From NCBI RefSeq assembly GCF_009914755.1, contig NC_060934.1: 64,000 nt of DNA; one strand, 5' to 3'. The translations under genes were made by a program, and so were the position numbers. This stretch comes from the human T2T-CHM13v2.0 reference genome, Homo sapiens. The notes below the pieces were generated by a model. The model ran no database searches, was not told where the DNA came from, and saw nothing but the letters and a program-made list of their open reading frames with translations. Positions within the stretch are counted from its first letter, which is position 1, and each line of letters starts with the position of its first letter. This document shows, piece after piece, positions 40,635 through 53,680 of this stretch.

Positions 40635-41110
40635 TTTTCAAAGAAACAACTTTTGGGTTCATTAGTTTTTTCCCACTGTTTTTCTATACTTACTTTCATC
40701 AGTTTTGCTCTAACCTCTGTTACTCCCTTTCATTTGCTTGCTTTGAGTTTAGTTACCTCTGCTTTTTCTAGTTTCTTAAAGTGAAAAACTAGCGTAATTT
40801 GAGATGATCTTTTATCGCTGTTTTATTGTTTCATTGACAGGTCTTAACTTCTCTCCAAGCACGGTGCTGCTGCATGCAGTAAGTGTTCGTGAGTTGTACT
40901 TTCATTTATCTCAAATTATTTTCTAATTTCCTTTCCTATTTATTCTTTGATCCGTTGATTACTTAGAAATGTGTGGTTTAATTTTTGCATATTTGAATTT
41001 GAATTTTGCGTATTTGAATATTGATTTTTTTCTGTTATTGGTATCTAATTTAATTCCATTGTGATCAGAGAACACACTTTGTAGGAATTTAATATTTTTA
41101 AAGTTATTTA
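40635..41110 (-). mobile_element. L1M ORF2 segment (antisense; end of endonuclease region)
   Basis: 'ttttcaaagaaacaacttttgg...attccattgtgatcagagaa'; ORF 40959-41219 contains QSVFSDHNGIKL, the L1 endonuclease SDH motif. Confidence 0.85.
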
Positions 41111-41114
41111 AAAA

Positions 41115-44100
41115 ACCTTCCACAAAATAACAGCAGATAAAATTAAACAATGTATAAAAATAATTATATACAGCAGTGAGGTGATATTTTATTTCAAGTA
41201 GGTAAGTTTGGATCAACATATGAAAATTATTTCAGAAATTCAGTACATCAACAGACTAAACAAGTAAAATCATATCATAAAAAGTATTTGACAAAACACA
41301 ACACCAATTCATGATAAAATAAGAGGGAAATTGTTTAACTTAATAAAGAACATGTGCATAAAACCTACAGCAATTTCAAAATGTATGGTGGAAAGCTAGA
41401 TTTCCTCCTGAGGTTAAGAAAAAGGCAAGGCTGGAGCCTATCACCACTCTTCTTCAATACTGCACTACAAGTCCCAGCCAGTGCTGTGTAGAATGAAAAT
41501 AAAACAAAAAGTAGACCAACAAGAAAGGAAGAAAGTGAATTGTCTTTGCTCACAGATAAAGTGGAGGTCTATTTTTTAAATCTCAAAAAATCAAAAAAAT
41601 CTGAAATTAATAAATAAGGTTTTTGAATATGCAACACACCAACAATGAACAAGTGAAATTTAAAATTAAAAAAACAACAACCTTAAATCACATCAAAATA
41701 AATGAAAAACATAGGTATAAATCTAACAAAATATAATATGAACAGGAAGTGTATGCAGGAAACTAGACAGAAATCCCAGATCTAAATAAATAAATGGGAG
41801 AGTTTACGCATTCATAGGATAGAAGACTCCACGTTGTTAAAATGTCAGTTATTTCCAACTTGATCCACACATTGAATGAAATCACAGTCAAATCTCAGCA
41901 AGCTACTGTGTAGATACCAACAAGCATTCTGAAGTCCACATGCAAGAGGGAAAGACCTAGAACAGCCAACGTAATAATAAAGAACAAAGTTGGGGGACTC
42001 ACATTACTTGATTTTGAGATTTATTATGAAGCTACAATGATCAATATAGCATGGTAATGTTGACAGAATACACAAATAGATCCATGAAACAGGACAGAGA
42101 CCTCAGAAAGAGAGCCACACAAATATAAACTGTATTTGCAAAGGGAGCAAAGACAATTCAATAGAGGAAAGATATAACATCTTCAACAAATGGTGCTGGA
42201 ACTATTGGAGATCTATGTTTAAAAATGAATCTATATCATCACAAAAGTTAACTCAAGGTGAACCAAAGACCAAAATATAAAATGTAAAATTCTAAAAGTT
42301 CTCAAAGAAAATATAGAAGAAAATCTATGTGAGCTTGGATTTGGTGATAAATTATTAGATACAACATCAATTGCTCAATGTGTGAAAGAAAAAAATGATT
42401 AATCGTATTGTATTAAAATTGAAAGCTTCTGCCCTGTGGAAGAAACAGTTGACAGAATGAAAAACAAACCAAAACACAACAAAAACAGTTAAAGACTGGG
42501 AGGAAATATTTGCCAAAACACATATGTTAAAGAGCTTGTATCCAAATTATACAAAGAACATGTTAATTTTCACAGTAAGAAAATAATCCAACTAAAAATA
42601 GATAAAACCTTTTTAAGTATCTAACAGAAACCTTAGTAAAGGGATACACAAATGAAAAACAAGCTTATCAATGCTAATTATTATTCTTCTTCACTAGAAA
42701 ATGCCAAATGAAAACAATAATGACTTGCCTATCAGAAAGGTACATGTCTATTAGAGATGCTAAAATCCAAAAAATTGATAATACCAACTCTTGGCCAGGA
42801 CATGAAGCAACAAGAATTCTCATTTATTTCTGATGGCATGAAAAATAGTTCAGCAACTTTGGAAGAAATTTGGCAGTTGCATATACAATTAAAAACAGTC
42901 TTATATGATTCAACAATTGTGCTTGTAGGTATTTGTCCAACTTATTTAAAAACAAATGCCATCACAAAAACCCACTCTAAAGTTTACAGCAGCTTATTTT
43001 ATAGGAGCTGAAAACTTGAAGAAAATGAAATTTAATAGATGTGCTGATTTCAGTCTGTGTCACATCTGTAAAATACACGGTTGTTCAGTAATGAAAAGAA
43101 ATGAGCTATTAAGCCACAAAGAAGATGATGAAACATAAACGTGTACTAGTGAAAGAAGTCAGTCTTTTAAAAGGTCCATATTGATGTTTCCAATTACATG
43201 CATTTCTCAAAGGCAAAACTATTGTAATGATAGAAAATATTCATCTAGGCCAGTCATGGTGGCTCACACCTGTAATCCCAGAACTTTGTGAGGCCGAGGT
43301 GAAAGGATTGTTTGAGCCGGGGAGTTTGAGGCCAGCCTGGGCAACGTAACGGAACCATGTCTCTACAAAAAAAGTAAAATAAAAAAATAGGCAGGCACAG
43401 TGGTGTGCACTTGTGGCCCCAGCTACTTGGGAGGCTGAGGCAGGAGGATCACTTGAGCCTGGGAGGCCAAGGCTTCAGGTCATGACACCACACTCCAGCC
43501 TGGGCAACAGAATGAAACCCTATCTCAACAAAAAGGAGAAAAAAAATGTTTAAAAATGTAAACATAAGAAAATATCCCTTTTTTTCCAGGGTAGCAGGAA
43601 GGTGAGGAGAGTTGAAGAGGTGGAGCAGGTCAGGGAACTGTGGCTGATGAATGAATCTGTTCTGCAGGACAGTGTAAGGACGGTTACACTGAGCATTTGA
43701 CATAGTTCGTAGAACTTCACAATAGAAATAGTGAACCTTAATGTATGCAAATAAAAATAAATCATTGAAGAAGTTGTGGATACCAGGTTTGAATGTATAA
43801 CATGACAAATACATCTAAGTTTACTGAAATATATAAAATTATCTCACTTAAAGGAGTGGAGGAAATGGGTGCTGACCTAAGTAACTTTGGAAAAGCTTTT
43901 GTAGTAATAGTGAAAAAAGGAGCTATGAATAAGCACGGCTATCTTTGATAACGTTCTTCCCCAGGAGGATAAGGATTCACTATTCCAGAAACTTCTATAT
44001 GCCTACTGGAATTAAACAATGTCATGAATGGGCAGCAGGTGGTGGGAGTTAGGCTTCTCTCTGCAGAGTGAGTGGTTCCTGAGGAGGGAAGAAGCCAGAG

Positions 44101-44615
44101 GACACACGCGGTGATGGATAAATGTTGACATAAGTATGGCTGATCTGGCTCAGCTTAATATAGGTAAAGATGTTTACATAAAAATTATTTAGATATATGT
44201 ATGTATATGCGTTTGTATAAATACATATCTCACAGTTCTGTCAGTTACAAGGGCCAAGAAATAACAACAAAATACCTTATCAGTGTTCCATAAAGCTGCC
44301 AAAGTCATCAAAACAAGGAAATTCTGAGGAACTGTGTCAGCCAAGAGAAGCTAGGGAGATAGGACTTCTAAAGAGAATGTGATATCCCAGGTAAGAGAGT
44401 GGAACTGAAAAAGGCCACTAAGCATAAACAGGGACTCTAAATAAATGATTGACTGGATTTAATCATCATATATTAATTTTAGTTTGTTAATTGTGGCAAA
44501 TGTGTTATATTAATAAGTAATAAAGAAAGCTGAGTGCAGGGTACTGGAGGACTCTGTAATATCTTCACAATAATTCTGTAAATACAAAGCTGTTTTAAAA
44601 TAAAAACTATTTAAA
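41115..44615 (+). mobile_element. Old L1 (L1MD/MC-like) ORF2 RT to 3' UTR
   Basis: 'tttgacaaaacacaacaccaattcatgataaa', 'cttcaacaaatggtgctggaactattgga', 3' end 'ctgtaaatacaaagctgttttaaaataaaa'; disabled throughout. Confidence 0.85.
43248..43546 (+). mobile_element. AluJ inside L1
   Basis: Alu dimer with J-type 'ggattgtttgagcc' and 'gaggccaaggct'; agaaaatat flanks both sides. Confidence 0.9.
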
Positions 44616-44631
44616 AACATCCTTGAATGAA

Positions 44632-45155
44632 TGTTACTATTATCTGAATGTTTGTGTCATTCCCAAACTCATATATTGAGACCTAATCATCAAGGTGTTA
44701 CCAAATGGTGTTACCAAATGGGGCCTTGGGAGGTAATGAGGTCAAGAGGGTAGAGCCCCATGAATAGAATCAGTGCCCCTATAGTAGGACTCCAGAGAGC
44801 TCCTTCTCCCCTTCCACCATGTGGGGACACAGCTCACAGGAACCCCCATGAATAGGATCAGTGGCCCCAGAGGAGGGACCCCAGATAGCTCCTTCTCCCC
44901 TTCCACCATGTGAAGACACAGCTCACAGGAGCCCCCATAGGAGGGACCCCAGAGAGCTCCTTCTCCCCTTCCACTGCGTGAAGACACAGCCAGAAGGCAC
45001 CGTCTATGAACCTTCAGGGAGCAGGCCCTCACCAAACACCAAATCTGCCTTGATTTTGAACTTTTCAGCCTCCAGACTGCAGGAAATAAATGTCTGTTGT
45101 TTATAAGCCACCCGGTACATGATACTCTATTATTACAGCAAAAACAGACTGAGAA
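44632..45155 (+). mobile_element. MLT1A-like LTR with an internal tandem triplication
   Basis: 'tctgaatgtttgtgtc...ccaaactcatatattga' through 'tttataagccaccc...attacagcaaaaacagactgaga'; three copies of 'ccaga(g/t)agctccttctcccc...acacagc' at ~44757-44990. Confidence 0.85.
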
Positions 45156-45604
45156 AAAAACAACAACATAAAATGGTAGATTGTTGGTAGAAGTGACCAC
45201 AGCTGTGGGTATTTGCTGGTTCGGGATTTAGAGGCATTGCTGAATTCTGAGATCGTTGGCACAGTTGTTATAGTTAAGTTTGGTTCTTCCATGTAGCTTA
45301 GCCAAGATGCCTCATAAAGCCCTAATCCCACCAGAAGTTTTCCTTATGGTCTCTCCCTGACGTTTCTCAACTTCAATTAACACAACTTGTAAGTGGATGA
45401 CAGTATTGGAAGTGAGGATGGCATTAACTTAAAGACATAACCTTCAACATTGTTGAATTTTACTTACGTTTTTGAAATAATTTATACTATTGTTATTTTA
45501 TGTGTTATGCTTGTGTATTTCGAGTTAGTTATACTTACTGTTTATTGTTTTCTACGGAAGAAAGAACATGATCTGTCTATAGTCACACAGGTAATTTGTG
45601 ACAA

Positions 45605-46770
45605 ATCAATTTATTCATTAATTTATTCAACCCTCTTCTGAAACACAGTTTTTCTGCACTTCCAATGTGCTCAACCTTGTCTTAAGCAATTGGAAATTTT
45701 CATAAAATTACAACAAAACCCTGAGCTTTCCTGGATGCTCCATTATTGCAGAGGAGACACACAGTGAATACTAAACATGATAAATAAGTCATTTATAAAG
45801 TACATCAGAGACTAGTTAGAGTGATTTTAAAAACTAAAGCAGAGTGAACATGCAGGATTGCAGTTGTGGGTCTGAGAGAAGGGGCATATTCCGTATTAAA
45901 TAGGGTGCTTAGCACAGCCCTTTTCAAAGTGGAGACTTGAGGGAAGCCTAAGGAGGGATGGGGCTTGGTCAGGTGGCCCCTGGGAACTGAGTCTCCAGGA
46001 CCAGGACACAGCTATGCAGAGACACCCAGTCGGGGGAATGCTTTGGTTTGCTGAAGGTATAGCGAGGAGGCTGGAAAGACAGCAGCAGGTAAGCACATTG
46101 GAGAGATATAGGAAAGAAGGCCAGAGGGAGGCTGGAGGTCCCCGGGAGGCCAGCAGAGAGCATGAAGGACCCTGAGCAGAGGAGAGTCATGGTCTGATAC
46201 CTCAGGTTTCTGTCTTGATAAGACAGACTGCCCGGGGAGAGGTGGTTGCTAGGAAACTCGAGAGGAGCCTTAGGTAGCCACCCAAGAGATGGGCATGGTG
46301 GCTTTGGGTTCTGACAATACGTGTAAGATTGGCCCAGAAGAGTTTTTTGAAAGATAAATGTGATATAAAAAAGTAAAAGAAAAATAGAGAAAAGAGAGAA
46401 AGAAAAAGGAAGGAAGGGAGGGAAAAGAAAGAGAAATAGAGAAAGGAAGAAAGGAAAAGAAAGAGAAATAGAGAAAAGAGAGAAAGAAAAGGAAAGAAAG
46501 AAAAAGAAAGAGAGAGAAAAGGAAGGAAGGAAGGAAGGGAGGGAGGGAGGCTTTTTGTCTGGGAGGAAAGGATGCTCAGGTAGATGGTGAAACGTTTGAG
46601 AATTGAGATGTGAAAGACTGAGTGGAAGAGATCTGGGGAGGCCAGGAACACATTCTGGAGCATGCTGATTCTGAAAGTTCTGTTCAAGTTCAAGTGGAAA
46701 TAGCAAATTTGTAGTTGGATATGGAAGTCCAGACTTCTGTGTAGATGCATTGGAAGGAGACAAGAACTTG
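45605..46770 (-). mobile_element. L2 LINE (antisense)
   Basis: 'ttattcattaatttattcaa' start; 'ctgaaagttctgttcaagttcaagtggaaatagcaaatttgtagttggatatggaagtc'. Confidence 0.65.
46375..46550. repeat. Polypurine (GA-rich) low-complexity tract
   Basis: About 175 bp almost entirely A/G, with GAAA, GGAA and GGGA runs and repeated aaatagagaaa. Confidence 0.9.
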
Positions 46771-47837
46771 GGGGCCCTAATGGACAGAGGACAAACTTAG
46801 CAAAGACTGATTGGGGCCAACATCTACCTTCTTTTCCTATTCGGGGTTCTGTCGATGAATCTCTTTGCACAAGCAGCGACTTAAAATATTTTGCTTCAGA
46901 TACCAAAATGATCATATTGTATAGATTTAAAAAGTTTCATATTGATTTCTATTATTAATAAAAATTGGTTTTGTAGGTTTTGATAAATTCTGTCCTCATG
47001 GAAGTCCTAGCAAGATTCTTCATAAAACATCATCACAATGAGTTATCCTTGTAAAAATTGCTTTTTGTTGTTAAGAAAATTAGAAAATATAATCTAAATG
47101 AACGTAAATTATTATAATCTGAGGAACAAGGAGTGCATTGCAAATTTAATCAATAGTTTAACATATTATTGTGCTTTAAAATTAAAGTTTCAGAACTGAA
47201 AAAAAAAGCTCCATGAAACTTAGGAAGCAATGAAACTGACTAAGCTTCATTTCATTGTTTCTTTGCAAATCTTCAATGAAGTGTGTATGTTAAATGGATT
47301 AGCTGGCCATTTCATGCTCAGTAACGTTTGTGATATTAGCTTTGCATTTGTTTTTAATTCATGTAATGAGTTTAGATTTTTATGTTACAAGGCAATCATG
47401 CTAGCCTTGTAACTGTGAGGCACCCCATGTATTTTCTATGGAATCATTTCAACCAAACTCTGTTGGCATTATTTCCATTTGTTTTAACTCTATGACTCTG
47501 AACTCTACTTCCTACACTGAGGATGAAACCATAGTCAAAGCTGTCACTATGCCTGTTTAATTCACGACACAGATCTCTTCCCTATCTCAGTTGGGCAAGC
47601 CCCAAATAAGAAAGCTTCATCTAGGGCATCCAAATGCCCTGGTCTACTTGGTATCTGCCCATGTTACCCTGGTTGCCCTGGCATGCCACTCAGTCTAACA
47701 TATTTCACAGGTATTTCAACTTTAACTACTTTGGATACTGGTAGTTGCACTAGGATAATCAGAATGGGTTTGGAGGACCTCCTCCGTGCTCTTCCCAAAT
47801 CTATCATTGACATCCATATGCAAGAAGCATTTTCACT

Positions 47838-48185
47838 TGTTATGGACTGAATGCTTGTGCCCCCAGATTCATATGTTGAATTCCTAATCTCCCTTGGAAC
47901 AGTTTTAGGAAGTGGAATGTTCGAGGCCTCTGGCAGGTAGCTGTGGATGAGGTCATGATGGTGGATTTTCTTGTAAAAAGAGGCCAGAGCTCTCTCTCTA
48001 CCATATGAAGATATGGCAAGAAAGCATCTTCTGTGAACCAGAAAGAAGGCCCTCACTAAGAACTCAATCTGCTGGCACTTTGATTTTGGACTTCCCAGAC
48101 TCCAGAATGGTGAGAAATCAGCGTTTGTTGTTTCTGCCAGGCAGTCTGTGGAATTTTGCTATAGCAGCTCGACCCAGTGGAGACA
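47838..48185 (+). mobile_element. MLT1A/B-like solo LTR
   Basis: 'tgttatggactgaatgcttgtgccccc...gctatagcagc...gagaca'; perfect 5-bp TSD tcact at 47833-47837 and 48186-48190. Confidence 0.88.
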
Positions 48186-48489
48186 TCACTTGGCACATGA
48201 TAAATCCAGTGCAGGCATTCACGACCACGTTCTCTTGTCTACGTCATCTGCTGGTACAGCAGAAACAGCACCAGCCTTTGAGCAGAGTGAGCAGGATGTT
48301 TGCTGATAGAACACAGTGGCTTTCACGTAAGCAGCCTAGCTACCGTGGCCTGGGGAAGTGCCTCTTGCCCATACCTGTGCTGTACACTTGAGCCAAACAA
48401 GATGCACAAATGTTTCAGGTCAATGCAGGAGTGGACAGCATCAGGGGGCCTGAGAAATTATAAGTTAGGTGTTGTTATTGTTTATTTGT

Positions 48490-48912
48490 TTTCATCAGAT
48501 ATCAAGTTGCGATTTGTTCCCACTGTGGGCAGTGTTCGAGGAGTGTCTAGTAGGACATGTCTGGATCATAGGGACAAATTCCTCATGAATGGCTTGGGGC
48601 TATTGTCCTGGTAGGAAGTTCTCACTCTCCTGAAGTTGGAGTAGTCCTGAGGGGACTCCTCCTGAGAATGGGTTGTTGTAAAGAGAGGGTACTCCTGCTG
48701 TTTGGTCACTCTTTGCATGTGCCCACTTCCTCTTCAAACATTTTTGCTATGTCTTGACTCAGAACAGAAGTCCTCACCAGAAGCCTAGCAGAAGCTAACA
48801 TCATGCTCCATGTACAGCCTGCAGAACTGTGAGCCAAATAAACCTCTTTTTTAAAAATATAAATTGCTAAACCTCAGATAATTATTTATAGCAACACAAA
48901 ATGGACTAAGAT
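48490..48912 (+). mobile_element. MSTB-like LTR
   Basis: 'cctcatgaatggcttgggg...gtacagcctgcagaactgtgagccaaataaacctc...atagcaacacaaaatggactaaga'. Confidence 0.8.
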
Positions 48913-50383
48913 TGTGTGTATGACCTACAGGTGGAAGGCAGTGTGGGAAATATGTGTGAGGAAATGCTATCGCTTTCTAAGTTTCCTATGTGGCATTGTT
49001 TGTCTTATGATCATAATTACTATTAATTCTTATTTAGAAACAAGTATTCCAATTTTTGTTGCATTTTGGTCAAAAAAATTAAAATTGTTTAATCAAAGTA
49101 TTCAATGAATTAACTCCAAAATACTTCTGTTGGAAGCTTTAAACTAATTGCAATACTAAAGGCAAAGCTTTCAAAAAGGAAAGTATTGTAGTTTATACAG
49201 ATAAAAGCAAAATATGGACTCAAATAATGGAAGCTCAAATGTGTATAATATTTAAGTTTAAAATTCAGTTTTGTGATCCCTCAGTCATGGGAAAAAGCTT
49301 TAGTCAGAACTACTACTTTTAATTAAATAAATGAATATATTTTAGTTGTATATCCTTTCCTGGAATGGAATAATATTGGGAAGTCCTGTTAGTTCTCAAT
49401 GGCTAAATCATATGAGCCATTCAATATAATCATAAATGGAATACACTATTTGACTAGTTTTCCCCTGTTAAAATAGTCTATTAATGGAAGGTAATGTAAC
49501 AAAATGCAAAAGCAGATACTTTTCAAAAAGTTTTGCTGATACTTCAAGTATTTTCAATAAAAATAATTTAGGATTGAGAGTATTTCTTTTTAGCCCTCAG
49601 CATTGTGAGAATATTTTCTCAGTTAAAATTATCTTCTACAAAGAGGGCTAAACTGATGGTATAAACAGCTTCATATGACATTTAAAAGATGACTACAGGC
49701 AATTTTATGAAAACATAAAAATAACAAGGCTATATTAAAAAAATAAATTATTCAGACTGTTATCACGACACTATTAGAGAGAGATGTAACCAAGAAAGTA
49801 ATTCAAGCATGTGGATACTTAGCAGGAAAAATGTGTTTTTGTTTCTCATTTTAGTATTTATTTAATTAAACTAAAGAAGTTTCACATACATTCATCGTAC
49901 AAGAATATATTTTAGAAAGAATTTCATTTGAAAAAATAGGTTTCCATATATCCACCAATATAAACAGAAAAATGTATTGGTCCATGTATTTTTAAAATAT
50001 AATTTTGTTTATTGATCTTTTACACTCAACAGTACACACTTTGGACAGTAAGTTCAATGATCACTCTGCCCAAACCCACACCTCTGTTGGGTGCTTGTGG
50101 AGGTATGTTAGGGGAGGAGTCCATGAAAGTGTATGCCCACAGACACAAGGGACTTTCCTTAGCTAAACACTAGAAATAATGTGTCTTACACCTTTGGAAT
50201 AAGTATCCTTTGTTAGAAATTCATTTTAGCAAATATGGCTTGGCAGTCTTTCATAGGCAAGCTATTATTCACTTTGTGTGAGGGAATACTGTAAGTTTTG
50301 GACGGAAGCTACATATGTTACACAAAACTGAAAGGTAACTCTCTCCTTTGGCATAAGAATGAACTTGGGGAGAATTAGAATTA

Positions 50384-50441
50384 TTGGGCTGGTGCAAAAG
50401 AAATTGCGGTTTTTGGTGCAATTACTTTTGCACCAATCTAA
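50384..50441. mobile_element. MADE1 (Hsmar1-derived MITE), centrally deleted
   Basis: ttgggctggtgcaaaagaaattgcggttttt-gg-tgcaattacttttgcaccaatctaa matches both MADE1 TIRs; TA immediately upstream. Confidence 0.88.
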
Positions 50442-50450
50442 TGAAAAAGA

Positions 50451-51152
50451 GGCCGGTGTGGTGGCTCATGCTTATACTCCCAGCACTTTGGGAGGCTGAT
50501 GTGGGCCGATCCCTTGAGCTCACGAGTTTAAGATCAGCCTGGGCAACAAGGTGAAACCCTCTGTCTACAAAAATACAAAAATCTGCTGGGTGTGGCGGTG
50601 CACACTTGTGGTCCCAGCTACTCTGGAGGTTGAGGTGGGAGGATTGCGTGAGCCTGGGTGGTGAAGGTTGTAGTGAGCCAAGATTGCACCACTGCACTAC
50701 AGCCTGAGAGATAGAGCAAGACTCTATGCATTAGTCCATTCTCAAATTGCTATAAAGAACTACCTGATACTGGGTAATTCATGAAGAAAAGAGGCTTTAT
50801 TGACTCACAGTTCCACAGGCGGTACAGGAAGCATGGCTGGGAGGCCTCAGGAAACTTACAATCATGGCGGAAGGAGAAGGGGAAACAAGCACATCTTCAC
50901 ATGTCAAAGCAGGAGAGAGAGCTAAGGGGGAAATGTTACATACTTTCAAACAACCAGATCTTTGATAACTCTATCAAGAGAACAGCAAGCAGAAATCTTC
51001 CCCCATGATTCAATCACCTCCCACCAGGCCACTCCCATAACTCATAGGGATTACATTTCAGCATGAGATTTGGGTGAGGACATAGAGCTAAACCATATCG
51101 CCCTATCTCAAAAAATAAAAATAAAAAATAAATAAATAAAAATAAAAATAAA
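50451..51152 (+). mobile_element. AluJ split by an LTR (Alu parts 50451-50726 and 51101-51152)
   Basis: Alu runs to 'gagcaagactcta' and resumes after the LTR with 'ccctatctcaaaaaataaaa...'. Confidence 0.9.
50727..51100 (-). mobile_element. THE1D/MSTA-like solo LTR nested in AluJ
   Basis: 'tgcattagtccattctc...gcctcaggaaacttacaatcatggcggaagg...aaaccatatc'; 5-bp TSD ctcta/cccta. Confidence 0.9.
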
Positions 51153-53680
51153 GAGAGCAAGCATTTTGTGAGCTTGGGTTCTCTCTTATGTAAGGAAGGT
51201 AATTTGCAGAAATATGTCTGTAGTTATCTACTTTAAATACAATGCAAATTGATAAAATACAGTAAAAGAAACATATATTTTTGAAAATATATTGAAAGTG
51301 TTGAAGGGACTTGATAGAAGTGAGTTTCTAAAAAGTATTTGCTATTAAATTGAATGAGGGAGAATGGAAACTATAGAATATTGGAGAAAACATTGGGAAA
51401 CCAAAACTGAATCTAATAGTCAATAAGCATGGCTGTAGATGCAATACTAGTAATAATCATCGTTATTTGTTCCTATTCATATCGTTTACTTTTAAAACCT
51501 ATAAATTAGGGAGTGACTGTATGATTTCAGATCCATCTTTCTCTTTCTCTTCTTCAGCATCTTACTAAACTTTAAACCCAGATAAATTTCCCCAGTGATT
51601 TGCCTTATAATGTTTCTGTTCTAAACCTTGCGTTTAGAAGCTTCCATATAATTTGTGCAGCCATATCTAGTAATGGGCCAATCAATATCCCCCCACCCTG
51701 ACCCTGTTCCTGTCATAATCACAACTAGATCCTTACTCGAGAAGCTCCGTTAATCCCTAAGCATCCTCCACACCCTGGGCAGTACCGTATTTTGCTATTT
51801 CACTAAGTCTCAGCAGAATTGCCAACTACCTGAGTTAGCACCCCTTGTAAATAGATCAATCTCTTTTGCAGTTAAACCCTTTAGAAAAACAAAATCATCT
51901 CAAAGACAAATACCCCAAAGTGTCTGCTGCTCTTTTTTTTCCTCAAAGATAAAATTCTATGTGCATTTTTTCCTAGTATGATTTCCTGTCAAACAGCCGC
52001 ACTCATAAATATTGATTTGACGTTGACTTTTTATTTAAAATCCACCAGAAATACACTCCAGCAACATGTACTCAGGCAGGTGCCCATGCATGCACTCGTG
52101 AGACCTTTCTCTGTGCTCCTCTTGTCCCTAGTTTAAGTCACTGCACACCTGAATTTTTACCATCCTATTTCTCTCCCTAATGTTTCCTGAGGGTGAGGGT
52201 CATGGGAACTGTTTTGAAGCCCTCATCCTTGATGGAACGTGCACCGTTCACCTAGGAGAAAACTCTTTCCTTATTTGGAAGTTGTCTTGTTGAAGACAAG
52301 GATGGCTGGCTCCGTGGATAGGGTTCCATGTTTTAGGATTCACATTCACCATTTTCCACTGGCTGAACTTTCAACATCATGGCTCACACCCCTCAGCTTT
52401 CTGCCCCTCCGAGATGCTTTCTCTCACTCTGCACAGGTGGTTTGAGAATCCTGCTTTGTCCTCCCTTAGCTTTTGTTGAATTTCTTTGTCTTCAAATGCT
52501 TGTCTTTCTTAATTGTAGACAATTGCTTATTTTTCTCTGTCCTGATATACTGCTAACTACCTTGATTTGAGGATTTTCATCTTCCTCAATTTTGTAAGCC
52601 AAACTCGAAAGGGCAACCTGCAAGTGACATACCATCGGCATCAACAAACACCAAAGGGGCCCCTTGAATTTATGCCTTCATTTGTGCAGAGTGGCTCTAT
52701 GATGCAAAGGTAGAAATATCACTTAAATAGTGTTAAAGTGGATGCATGGTGTTTTATGCCTTTCCAACAGCCATAGTTACTAACAACGGTGATATAGAAG
52801 AAAATTGTCTGGAGAAGAAGGAAACTTAAGAAAAAGATAAAAGGAGAAAAAGAACATTTTCAAGTTAGTTGCTTTCACAAATAACATTAACTAGCATTTT
52901 CACCTTCCACCTCTACAACTTCCACAGACACTGAGACGAGTCACCTCTGACCCACCTACATGCTACTTCTAGAACATAACATTCATTCTAGGAAAGGCAA
53001 CTAAGGGATGCTATATCAGTGAAGAGTGTGAAAAAAATATGCATCTTCTGTATTCATACTTGGGAATGCATCTAGTAAACACCCCACTGACTTTTTATAA
53101 TTTCTGCATGTAACAAGTTTACATTCCCTATAAACATAGCCTTACAAATAATATCATCTGCAGGAAGGTAATATACCTAATATATCGCACCTAAAGAGTT
53201 GGGAGAGGTATACGTCTTTAATCTTCAATCTGTTAAAGTATTTTAAATAATAGCATTGCCAAAAATCACACTTTGATGAGACAGGTGAAGGACCGTGGAA
53301 GCCTGGGACATCCAGCAGTCTCGCTTAGGTACAAATGTCTGCCTGCACCAAGTTTATTGATAAGCTGAAGCACAGGAGCAAAACATTGGCACAAAGAGAG
53401 CCCCCCTTTCTGGAAGGGCCTTGGACTTTCCAGTGATGCCTCCCGAGGGTGCTTTCACTACACTGGGATGTGCTTGGTTTGGGAGAATCTGGAATGTGTG
53501 AGTTAGAATTTAGAAAAAAGAGGTGTTTGGTTCTGGGGGGGTCACAGCTTTTTACTTGGTTAATCACTCGGATAATGTCTCTGAGAGTCTCTGAACTCTG
53601 ACCTCCAGCCAGCTGAATCCCGTAAATCCATATGTTCGATATTTATTTGCAATGAGCAATGAAGATAGGTGCAAGTATAT

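Noticed and set aside
41115-44615. Potentially active L1
   Set aside because: No 5' UTR or ORF1; ORF2 is broken into fragments under 90 aa with many stops, and an AluJ is inserted.
45969-46915. Longest ORFs (264 aa and 237 aa, minus strand) rich in F/L/S, superficially membrane-like
   Set aside because: They are translations of the polypyrimidine strand of the GA-rich tract inside an L2; lack of stops is compositional.
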